Below are positions 55,876 to 64,000 of a DNA stretch of 64,000 nucleotides, piece by piece. Positions within the stretch are counted from its first letter, which is position 1. The number at the start of each line of letters is the position of its first letter. A model generated the notes under the pieces. The model was not told the origin of the DNA, ran no database searches, and saw only the letters and a program-made list of their open reading frames with translations. Source of the stretch: Clostridia bacterium (GTDB taxonomy: Bacteria; Bacillota; Clostridia; Christensenellales; DTU072). The translations under genes were made by a program, and so were the position numbers. The stretch spans positions 4,172 to 68,171 of the forward strand of contig JAFVRJ010000027.1 in NCBI GenBank assembly GCA_017504305.1, in the 5' to 3' direction.

Positions 55876-56835
55876 ATGCGTAATTTAGCTGAACAAAAAA
55901 AGATTTTCACACCCGTAATATGGTTTTTCGCTATGGCGATCGTTTACGCTGTAATTTTCGTCGTATTTTTCCTTGGGCATTTCAATATCAATGCGACTAT
56001 TGGCGGATACCGTATGTACGACTTTAGCGAAGATCTCGAGAAGGTCGATGCTTACGATATTGACGAAGGCGACAAGATGGCGTATATTGCCAAGGGTAGC
56101 AAGGTTTTAGTAAAATCCGTAGCGGTTGAAGATCTTAAAAATAACGACATTATCGCTTTCTACGATAAGGTTGATAATGAGATAGTAGTTGTAACGCGTA
56201 TTTATAAATCTCATTATGGGGGTCCCGACGGCGTAACCGTATACGTTACCCACGAACTTGATAGTGCAGAGTATATTCTTACCACCATTGATTCTGGTCG
56301 TTTAATGGGCGTTTACGTAACTTCAATACCTGTTTTAGGTACTGTATCGGCCTATCTTACGGCAAACAATATTATACTTTATGCAGTACTTGCAGTGCTC
56401 GCACTTATCATGCTCGGCACTCCGATTATCGTGTTTATTATTCGCCTTAAGGCACGTAGTTTAGGCAGTCCCTTCCCCGAAGGTGTCAACGTCAATAAGC
56501 TCAAGACCGAAAACCTCTACATCTACGAAAACATCCGTGAGTTTATCTTGTCTTCCTCGATGACTATTGATAACGGTTACGATTGCGACTTGATTTATAT
56601 GGGAGATATTCTATTTGGCGTACTGCACGTAACCAACGGCCACGTATACGTAAATATCAATAAAGATTTCCAACGTTACGATAACAAAATCGATCGTTCC
56701 GGTTACATTTGTATCCCGCACGCTGCAAACCTTGAGTCTGCTAAAAAACGTATCAATTCCATTTATCGCGCATACTTTATGGATATGAAGCAATCTGCAA
56801 TGGCACGTGCAAATGGAAAGGCCAAAAGAAGATAA
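55876..56835 (+). CDS. Hypothetical membrane protein
   Basis: 319 aa with two TM segments and an AAGGAG RBS. No family recognised. Confidence 0.45.
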   Translation: MRNLAEQKKIFTPVIWFFAMAIVYAVIFVVFFLGHFNINATIGGYRMYDFSEDLEKVDAYDIDEGDKMAYIAKGSKVLVKSVAVEDLKNNDIIAFYDKVDNEIVVVTRIYKSHYGGPDGVTVYVTHELDSAEYILTTIDSGRLMGVYVTSIPVLGTVSAYLTANNIILYAVLAVLALIMLGTPIIVFIIRLKARSLGSPFPEGVNVNKLKTENLYIYENIREFILSSSMTIDNGYDCDLIYMGDILFGVLHVTNGHVYVNINKDFQRYDNKIDRSGYICIPHAANLESAKKRINSIYRAYFMDMKQSAMARANGKAKRR

Positions 56836-56855
56836 TCAGTAAAAACCTACCTCTA

Positions 56856-56882
56856 AAAGCTCCTAAAAGGAGCTTTATTTTT
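56856..56882 (+). terminator. Rho-independent terminator
   Basis: AAAGCTCCT-aaa-AGGAGCTTT followed by ATTTTTT. Confidence 0.85.
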
Positions 56883-56955
56883 TATATTCCACCTTGAAAC
56901 CCTTATATTTATGTGTTAAAATTTAGGTATCTACTTTCATAAAGGAGGAAAGGGT

Positions 56956-59673
56956 ATGAAGGTAAGGACTCTTATTTGCGTATTGGCTATTGCGGTAGTT
57001 GCTTCAGTGGCCGTAGCCGCAGCTTTTGCCACCGATCCCGACGTAGGTATGCGTTTGATAGTACCTAAAGATTGGGAGCTGGAAATCGGTGATTCTCGTA
57101 CGGTTGATTACGTTTTTGATGATGAGACGGTTACAAACCGCAAATTGACGTGGACTACTTCTAACGAAGAGGTGGCTACGGTTGACAAGTGGGGGCGTGT
57201 AACCGCTGTCGGTAAGGGCAAGGCATACGTTTATGCCGAAACCTCCGATGGTCTCAAAGCTAAAGCAAGGTTAAATGCAGTTGAGGTATCGACGGTTAAC
57301 CAAGTTGCCACTACTAAAATCGACTATAAAGGCAACGCAGTAACACTTGGTGCCAATCTTCAAAAGGTGGTAACGCGTTACGAAAGTGCTATAGTCAGTG
57401 AATCTACTGCGATTCCCACGGCTGTCAAAGAAGCGTTTGTAAGCGGTGTTTACACCGACATGAACGTGGCAACGACGGCAGATGGAGCCGTTTGGGAGAT
57501 AGTTTCTTACGGCGTACTTCGCACCGACGATAACGCACTTGATGCTCGCGATAAAGTTCAACGCTTTATGGGCGATAGATATTTCTTCTCAAAAGATACC
57601 ACAACCGGTAACGTTCTCGGTATATATGCCGACGGAGAAAACGGTATATGGACTATAATGGCAGGTGGCGTCACTCACATCGAGATGCTTAAAATCAACG
57701 GCACCGATAAGGCCGCGATGATGGTGAAAAGCACCCAAGACTACGTAATGAGACACGGCTACGTGGCGGAAAGTTACTATAACGGCTCTAACGATACTTG
57801 GAAGCCGGTTGAGTCTGATAACGATGGTTTATGGACTTCGATGTACGCAGCCGGTGAACTTATGAGATACGCATCTTTGAAGAAGTCCGGTACGGCTACT
57901 CCCGCTGAAATTGCTGCCGCCAGAGAATCTGCAATGGTTTCTACCGAAGCAGTACTTCTTTTATCCAATATAGTTATGCGTAAAGGAACGGTTGAAGCTT
58001 ACGTTCGTTACCAACCCAACGGACGTTACGACGAGTTCCCGTATGGTAGCAATACCGCAAACGGCAGATATCACTCGGCAGATGCGCTCGAAAAGGGTGG
58101 CGACAACTCTCTTAACGTTCCTGCGGTAAGCCCTGCGGAAGCCTTTGAAATCGCTTACAATGCTTATCTTGAAGACGGCACCATGACCTATTTCCTCGTT
58201 GACGGATACCTTGAGCCCTTTATTCAAGAGGATTGGTCCAACCCCATCGTTAACGAAGACGGCTCCGTAACCTACGAAACTCGCACTCGTAATTTGGAAG
58301 GATATATTGCTCGTACCTATTCCGTAGCCTCCGAAAACAATATTCCCGACGGATATATTCATTACCAATTTGAACGTGACGAAGAGGGCAACTTGATTGC
58401 ACGCGGTGTATCCACGATGAAGGAACACGAAGGCGGTTATTATCTTAACGGTGAAAACTTGAGAGGTGTTGAAGTCGATGCTTCCGGCGAAATCCCCCAA
58501 AGATTGTGGGACGATTTGGTAGATGCAGGCGCTATTGCAAGCGACACCGATATTACCGACATCTTCTATAAAGGCGACACCAGTTCGGATGAAATAATAG
58601 GGCATTTATTCCTCTACAAAATAGCATACGATATTTTAGGACAAGAGGATGCCGAAATCAAAAAGATAATTGCAAACACAATGGACCGTTTTGCTCAACA
58701 TATTACCGATAACGGATATATGATGGTAGATGCCACCGGTCAACCCGGAACGTGGTCCAAATTCAACAGAGAGTTCTTCTACAATAGCTCTCAACTTGGT
58801 GGCGCGCCCTTGACGGCATCGGTAGCACTTTGTGCCTTCAAAGTAGCATATTACGTAACCGGCAACGTTAAGTGGCAAAACGAGTATATGATGGCGGCCC
58901 TTGACCCTGCATATGAATATGCAAAGCTCATGACCAAGTATTCCGAGCAATGCTATATGTACATGATGCTACTCTTAAACGAGTACCTTGAGGAATATAC
59001 GGGAGGCTTACTCAATCTCGAAGCAATCGTCGATGGGTTGGGACTTGACGTAAGTCCTGATTCCGATCTTACCGAGATGCTCAAGAGACTGTTTATCAAC
59101 TACTCTGATGAAGAGATGGCAATGCTTGCATACTACCTCTTATTCCAATTGGAAACTGACGAAACCTTACTTAATTACTATCGTGAGGGCCTTAACGATT
59201 GGTGGGAGTCGATATCCTATTCCGAAAACCCCTTATGGTATTATATCTATCAACTTGCTTACCCCAACGAAACCATCCTTGATAGATACGGTAATAACAT
59301 TTTGGAAACCGCTGCATGGCAATTATCTCGCCATCCCATAGATACCCGTCAATACAACGCATCCAATGGTAATCGTGACGATATAGACATCCTCGATTTG
59401 TCCTCACTCGGCGGAACGCAATTGAGCTTTAGAGCACAAGAGGGTATTGAAATCGATTTAAGCGGTGTAGCAGGTATCTTTAGCGCCCTTCAAGATGGGC
59501 CTTCGCTCGAGTGGACCGTTGCTCCTGCCGATGAGAGAGCGCTCCATAAATATAACGGTCCGACTTACCGTCTTGAAACCGATTACAATCCCAACTGCAT
59601 GGAAGGCTCTACTACCTACACTTTGCCTTATTGGTTAGGTGTGTATCACAATATGTTGGTAGACCGCGGATAA
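56956..59673 (+). CDS. Secreted Big_2 (Ig-like) domain protein with a large uncharacterised, possibly alpha/alpha-toroid, region
   Basis: Signal peptide present. Big_2-like segment LTWTTSNEEVATVDKWGRVTAVGKGKAYVYA. The rest is helical-repeat-like (DNDGLWTSMYAAGELMRY). The last three codons and the stop lie inside the repeat family's 5' block. Confidence 0.5.
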   Translation: MKVRTLICVLAIAVVASVAVAAAFATDPDVGMRLIVPKDWELEIGDSRTVDYVFDDETVTNRKLTWTTSNEEVATVDKWGRVTAVGKGKAYVYAETSDGLKAKARLNAVEVSTVNQVATTKIDYKGNAVTLGANLQKVVTRYESAIVSESTAIPTAVKEAFVSGVYTDMNVATTADGAVWEIVSYGVLRTDDNALDARDKVQRFMGDRYFFSKDTTTGNVLGIYADGENGIWTIMAGGVTHIEMLKINGTDKAAMMVKSTQDYVMRHGYVAESYYNGSNDTWKPVESDNDGLWTSMYAAGELMRYASLKKSGTATPAEIAAARESAMVSTEAVLLLSNIVMRKGTVEAYVRYQPNGRYDEFPYGSNTANGRYHSADALEKGGDNSLNVPAVSPAEAFEIAYNAYLEDGTMTYFLVDGYLEPFIQEDWSNPIVNEDGSVTYETRTRNLEGYIARTYSVASENNIPDGYIHYQFERDEEGNLIARGVSTMKEHEGGYYLNGENLRGVEVDASGEIPQRLWDDLVDAGAIASDTDITDIFYKGDTSSDEIIGHLFLYKIAYDILGQEDAEIKKIIANTMDRFAQHITDNGYMMVDATGQPGTWSKFNREFFYNSSQLGGAPLTASVALCAFKVAYYVTGNVKWQNEYMMAALDPAYEYAKLMTKYSEQCYMYMMLLLNEYLEEYTGGLLNLEAIVDGLGLDVSPDSDLTEMLKRLFINYSDEEMAMLAYYLLFQLETDETLLNYYREGLNDWWESISYSENPLWYYIYQLAYPNETILDRYGNNILETAAWQLSRHPIDTRQYNASNGNRDDIDILDLSSLGGTQLSFRAQEGIEIDLSGVAGIFSALQDGPSLEWTVAPADERALHKYNGPTYRLETDYNPNCMEGSTTYTLPYWLGVYHNMLVDRG

Positions 59674-60336
59674 GCTTCGCAATACTTCATAAATAAACAA
59701 AACCCCACTCGGTCATGTACGTTCAAGTACACTCCCGTCGTGGGGTTTTGTATTTATTCGTCTTGCTCGCTTCTACGCGGTCTAATCCCACGCATAAGCT
59801 TCACAATACTTCATCAAACAGGCGCACCCCCTCAATCACGTACGACCAAGTACGCTCATATCGGGGAGTGCGCCGTTTTCTTCGTCTTGCTCGCTTCTAC
59901 GCGGTCTACATCCTACACAAGGGCTTTACACTATACTCGGTCATGTACGTTCAAGTACGCTCATATCGGGGAGTGTGCCGTTTTCTTTGTCTTGCTTGCT
60001 TCTACGCGGTCTAATCCCACGCATAGGCTTCACAATACTTCATCAAACAGGCGTACCCCCTCAATCACGTACGACCAAGTACGCTCATATCGGGGAGTGC
60101 GCCGTTTTCTTTGTCTTGCTTGCTTCTCCGCGGTCTAACCCCATGTATAGGCTTTACAATATACTCGGTCACGTACGTTCAAGTACGCTCCCATTGGGGG
60201 CTTTTTATTTTTGTTTGTCTTGCTCGGTTCTCTGCTGTCTAAACGCACGCATAGGCTTCACAATACTTCATAAATAAACAAAGCCTCCCTACAGTTGCGT
60301 ACAATTTGTACACTCCAATTGGGGAGGCTTTTTTAT
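59660..60336 (+). repeat. Tandem hairpin-repeat array, locus 2 (about 6 units, three stem classes)
   Basis: Hairpins at 59699-59749, 59821-59874, 59921-59979, 60050-60103, about 60187-60200 (degenerate) and 60281-60330. The loop core GTAC-N6-GTAC and the linker ...GTCTTGCTYGCTTCTNCGCGGTCTA are shared with locus 1. Confidence 0.9.
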
Positions 60337-60353
60337 TATCAAAATAATGCTCG

Positions 60354-61106
60354 TTATCCCAGCAATACGTCCATTAGTAGCATCACCGCAAAACCAAATA
60401 GCAAAGCAAACGTTGCGCCACTTTGGGCTCCGTGAGCGTGAGTTTCGGGTATCATTTCATCGCTTACAACGTAAAGCATAGTACCGCCGGCAAAGGCAAG
60501 AGCAAAAGGTAAAATTACCGTTGCTATGTTGACGGCAAAGAATCCTATAAGCGTACCTACTACTTCTACAAGACCGGTTAAAAGGGCGATTAAGAATACC
60601 TTGCCTCTCTTTATGCCTGCATTAAGCATTGGTGCGATTATAACCATGCCCTCGGGTATGTTTTGTAAAGCGATACCAGCAGCGATAATAAGAGCTTGCG
60701 TGTTATTGCCGGAGCCAAACCCAACACCTGCAGCGATACCTTCCGGTAGATTGTGTATGCCTATTGCAAGCACAAAAAGCATAACCTTATCGATGTTGGT
60801 TTTCTTATGTGGCTCAATATCGGGCTCGCTGATTTTGTGCAGGTGCGGTACAAGTTTATCTATAAGATATAGCACCAATGCGCCTACAAAAATACCGCCG
60901 ATGGTAATAAGTAACTTGTACTCACCACCATACTCTAAAGAGGGCACTATTAAACCGAAAATGGCGGCAGCAAGCATTACGCCCGCAGCAAACGAAAGTA
61001 CAATATCCGAAAACTTGTGGGATATGTTTTTAAATATAAATCCGATTCCGGCGCCGATAACGGTTGCGCCACCTACGCCGAGAGCTGTTAATAATACCAT
61101 TTCCAT
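60354..61106 (-). CDS. ZIP-family divalent metal (zinc) transporter
   Basis: HNLPEGIA and QNIPEG motifs and a multi-TM profile. The start is ATG 61106 or TTG 61118. Confidence 0.85.
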   Translation of the reverse strand: MEMVLLTALGVGGATVIGAGIGFIFKNISHKFSDIVLSFAAGVMLAAAIFGLIVPSLEYGGEYKLLITIGGIFVGALVLYLIDKLVPHLHKISEPDIEPHKKTNIDKVMLFVLAIGIHNLPEGIAAGVGFGSGNNTQALIIAAGIALQNIPEGMVIIAPMLNAGIKRGKVFLIALLTGLVEVVGTLIGFFAVNIATVILPFALAFAGGTMLYVVSDEMIPETHAHGAQSGATFALLFGFAVMLLMDVLLG

Positions 61107-61111
61107 AATTT

Positions 61112-62167
61112 TTACCAAGAATTTTTGACGTATTCGCAGAAGGCGTACATGTCCTTGATTTCAAGTACGGTACCGTCGTCAAGCGTTACCGTTCCGTTCC
61201 AAAGTCCGTGTGCTTGGTGGCACTCGGTGCCGAGCACGTCCTTATTTAAGAAGTACGAGTGATCGTCATAGAAAGGAGTCATAGTCATTTCAAAGCGACC
61301 GTCTTCCGAGGTGAACTCCCAAGGCTCCAACCACCCTTTTTTGCCGGGGAAATCCTTTACGTCTACACTGCCGATTTTGTGGGCTTTACCATCGTAGAAA
61401 AGGCAGGTTTCGGTAGCGTTAGAGGTATCGCCTATTAGCCAAGTAATTTCAAAGCCAAAGGAGTGCTTATTGCCATCTTTATCGTATAGATAGGTGGAGC
61501 CGTTACCCCAATACCAATGACATTTATGTGGCCAAACGCCACGCCCCCAGTCCATTACCCCAAAAGAATTTTCCTTTGTAAACTCGATTTTTTTATCACC
61601 GATTTGTACGTAACCCTCTGCCGGCAAGCAGTTTTGTTTTGTGGTTAAAAAGAATTGATTTTTCTTTTTGGGGAAGGGCGTTACGATGGTTATATTCTCG
61701 TGGTCAGCGGGGATTTCTTCCCAAAAATCGTACTTTATCGGTTGATCTTTATATATGCTTTCGAAGGTTACGTGCCTATAACCCTCCTCAAGATTGGTAT
61801 CGTATACCATTTTTATACCGCAGGCATCAAACTCAAGCTTGTTGGTGCGATCACCGATTTCCGGTGGTAAAAATCGGTTTCTTGTAAATGGAATAATACA
61901 TACGTTTTCGGCAATAAGTTCACCGGTGCGTATATCACGTATGGATGCAGCGGCAGACGTACCGACCGTTATGTTGAAGAAGTTTATAAGCACCTTATAA
62001 CGTCCGTCTTGGATTTGATGGAAGTCCCACTCTTTAAGCCTAAAACGAGGCTTAACAAGACTTCTCTTATAGTCGAAAACGTTACGTCTTGCCCAGCCTT
62101 TAGCTAAAAGATTGCCGTTTTCATCAAGCAATTTAGTAGGGGAAGTATACTCTATTTGTTTATTCAT
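61112..62167 (-). CDS. DUF2804 domain protein
   Basis: N-terminal LLDENGNLLAKGWARRNVFDYKRS...RLKEWDFHQI resembles DUF2804. ATG 62167 has a GAGGTG RBS. Confidence 0.6.
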   Translation of the reverse strand: MNKQIEYTSPTKLLDENGNLLAKGWARRNVFDYKRSLVKPRFRLKEWDFHQIQDGRYKVLINFFNITVGTSAAASIRDIRTGELIAENVCIIPFTRNRFLPPEIGDRTNKLEFDACGIKMVYDTNLEEGYRHVTFESIYKDQPIKYDFWEEIPADHENITIVTPFPKKKNQFFLTTKQNCLPAEGYVQIGDKKIEFTKENSFGVMDWGRGVWPHKCHWYWGNGSTYLYDKDGNKHSFGFEITWLIGDTSNATETCLFYDGKAHKIGSVDVKDFPGKKGWLEPWEFTSEDGRFEMTMTPFYDDHSYFLNKDVLGTECHQAHGLWNGTVTLDDGTVLEIKDMYAFCEYVKNSW

Positions 62168-62289
62168 AGCCACCTCACATATCATAAATATGATACCACT
62201 AATTCGGCTGTATAGCAATATTATTTTTTAGGCGCGCACGCGTATTGCAAAAAATACAGCGATATTATATAATATCAGTAGAGGTAGAT

Positions 62290-63069
62290 ATGAAGAAAGC
62301 GTTTATAGCAGTTATCCTCGCAGTATCGTTATCGGTAATATGCGTGGGTGTATATTTTGGATTTAAGCCTAACGATATGGGCGATAAGGGAAGGTCTGTC
62401 GATTACTCCTTAGATAACGATTACGAGTATGAAGTTATTGATACCGATGAATCTCTTACTTATTCTCCGGTAGGCGTAGAGCCACAATATGGTTTAGTTT
62501 TTTACGTAGGCACGGCAATCGATCAAGCACATTACAGCTACTTGGCAATAGCTTTGGCAAAACAAGGCTATATTGTTGTTTTACCCAAAATGATGCTTAA
62601 CATGGCGTATGCTTTTTATAGCGAGCAAGAAATAGCTTTTGAAAATCATAAGGACGTAAGGTTTTTTATAGGTGGTCACTCTCAAGGTGGCGGAGCTGCG
62701 GTTAAGCGTGTTCAAGAGAACTCTGATAAAGTGCTTGGCGCAATACTATATGCGCCGTTATGTTATGCTGAAGATAGCATTAAGGATGCCGAAACACCGA
62801 CTTTATTGATTGAAGCGACAAAAGACAACGTGTTAACCGCATACATGAAAGCCGATGCCAAAAGCCGTCTACCCACGTGTTACAGCGGTTATATGCTCGA
62901 TGGATGCCATATGAGCTTTAGTACCTTTGACGACGACGGTATATTGGGATTCTTTGGTGATGGACCGTTGACCGAAGCACAAAAAGCAGAGCAAAAGCAA
63001 AAAACAATCGATTACACGTTGGAGTTTATGAAGATGGTAGTACTCGGACAATACCCGATGCCAATCTAA
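62290..63069 (+). CDS. Membrane-anchored alpha/beta hydrolase
   Basis: N-terminal TM segment and GGHSQGG nucleophile elbow. AGAGGT RBS precedes ATG 62290. Confidence 0.7.
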   Translation: MKKAFIAVILAVSLSVICVGVYFGFKPNDMGDKGRSVDYSLDNDYEYEVIDTDESLTYSPVGVEPQYGLVFYVGTAIDQAHYSYLAIALAKQGYIVVLPKMMLNMAYAFYSEQEIAFENHKDVRFFIGGHSQGGGAAVKRVQENSDKVLGAILYAPLCYAEDSIKDAETPTLLIEATKDNVLTAYMKADAKSRLPTCYSGYMLDGCHMSFSTFDDDGILGFFGDGPLTEAQKAEQKQKTIDYTLEFMKMVVLGQYPMPI

Positions 63070-63096
63070 AATCGACTTTATTAAAAAGGAGTAAAG

Positions 63097-64000
63097 ATGA
63101 AAAACAGACTATCATTAAAAATCATAGCGATTATATTAATCATATCGGCGTTATTCCTATTTACTGCGTGCGGAAACAAGCAAGATCCTTCCGTTCCACC
63201 CTCGCACGACAATGCCTTAACGTCTAAAGTGGTATTATTTATCGGTGACGGCATGGGGCCCAACCACGTTTATAATACGGAGTTGTATACGGGAGCTTCA
63301 TTGTATTTTTCCAGCTTTACTACAAAAACGGAAGTTGATACCAACTCTGCAAGCGGACTTACCGATAGCTCTGCAGCCGCAACGGCGATGGCAACTGGCG
63401 TTAGGGTAAAAAACGGTACTCTTGCTTTGGATTCTTCCGGTAACGCAATCGTTTCTATCACCGAGCTTGCAAAGACCGATGGTTACGGCACGGGAGTGGT
63501 AACTTCTGATGAAATAACAGGTGCGACCCCCTCGGGTTTTTCCGCTCATGCAAAATCTCGTAACAATAGTGCAGAAATTCTTTTAAGCCAAAAGGATGCT
63601 AAACTCGATTTATTGTTGGGATCGGGCGATTATTCTTCGGTATATCCCAATTTGTTTGCAGAGCAAGGTTGGACTTGGGCAAACAAATTCAGTGAAGTCA
63701 ATACTGAACAAAAGAGGTTTGTTGCTACTTTTAGTGGCGTTGGTCACTCTAACGGCACCGACGATAAGCCCACCCTTACACAACTTGCAAGCTACGCAAT
63801 AGATTATATGGAGGCAAATTATCCTACCGGCTACTTCCTTATGATAGAGGGAGCAAAGATAGATAAAGCCTCTCACAGCGGTGATATAAGCGAAATGATG
63901 CTAAACCAAATCGACTTTAGTGAAGCTATCAAAACGGTTGATCAAAAGCTTTCCGCAATCGGTGGTGGATACTCCATTATCGTAACTGCCGACCACGAAA
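63097..64000 (+). CDS. Alkaline phosphatase lipoprotein (5' partial, runs off the window)
   Basis: Absent from the ORF track because no stop lies in the window. My manual translation gives MKNRLSLKIIAIILIISALFLFTACGN (lipobox), then FIGDGMG, TDSSAAATAMATG (active-site Ser), EGAKIDKASH and TADHE. AAAGGAG RBS. Confidence 0.85.
   Translation, partial: MKNRLSLKIIAIILIISALFLFTACGNKQDPSVPPSHDNALTSKVVLFIGDGMGPNHVYNTELYTGASLYFSSFTTKTEVDTNSASGLTDSSAAATAMATGVRVKNGTLALDSSGNAIVSITELAKTDGYGTGVVTSDEITGATPSGFSAHAKSRNNSAEILLSQKDAKLDLLLGSGDYSSVYPNLFAEQGWTWANKFSEVNTEQKRFVATFSGVGHSNGTDDKPTLTQLASYAIDYMEANYPTGYFLMIEGAKIDKASHSGDISEMMLNQIDFSEAIKTVDQKLSAIGGGYSIIVTADHE

Noticed and set aside
24638-59659. The 35-kb segment between the two repeat arrays read as a mobile island flanked by direct repeats.
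   Set aside because: The content is mostly core housekeeping genes (rRNA methyltransferases, PiT, YbaK, peptidases) with no integrase or conjugation genes. The arrays look like copies of a dispersed family, not island ends.
59715-60277. ORFs of 99-132 aa predicted through the repeat arrays (59715..60014, 59740..60138, 59975..60277, and also 24240..24533).
   Set aside because: They are open only because the repeated unit lacks stops. They encode reiterated low-complexity peptides in three overlapping frames and have no RBS.

Overview
The window reads as a chromosomal segment from a low-GC Gram-positive, Clostridia-like bacterium. It is densely coding, with about 50 CDS and no rRNA, tRNA or CRISPR detected. 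Most genes are housekeeping or metabolic. These include a GH4 alpha-glycosidase with a GPH sugar symporter, comEC-holA, cdaA, aspartate kinase, a heterodimeric ABC exporter, three rRNA methyltransferases (RumA-type, RlmI, RlmA), PiT plus DUF47, YfbR, a ZIP transporter, several SGNH, alpha/beta and metallo-hydrolases, M20 and M28 peptidases, and a partial alkaline phosphatase at the right edge that is missing from the ORF track.

Six things stand out:
1. Two arrays (24.16-24.64 kb and 59.66-60.34 kb) of one ~120-bp tandem hairpin-repeat family. Stems covary, loops are conserved, and the 5' edge of each array supplies the stop codon of an unrelated gene.
2. An AT-rich ~0.9-kb cassette carrying a single NERD plus Zn-ribbon gene sits in the 3' end of the RumA-type methyltransferase gene. 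It is bracketed by two diverged copies of that gene's C-terminal coding sequence. Its left end carries an array of ATGAATTG octamers, each followed by a short hairpin.
3. A ~9.8-kb surface-protein gene (GLUG motifs plus more than 20 MBG-like repeats, lipobox at the N-terminus, TM anchor at the C-terminus) is split by one frameshift. It also contains a 97%-identical in-frame internal duplication.
4. Promoters show recurrent features: a CGCGCGC block in the -35/-10 spacer, and several -10 boxes only 6-7 nt from start codons that lack an SD sequence.
5. A DnaA-box cluster lies in a 640-bp non-coding gap.
6. Tandem overlapping CIRCE operators precede hsp20.

All functional calls come from motif recognition by eye. 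No database search was run.
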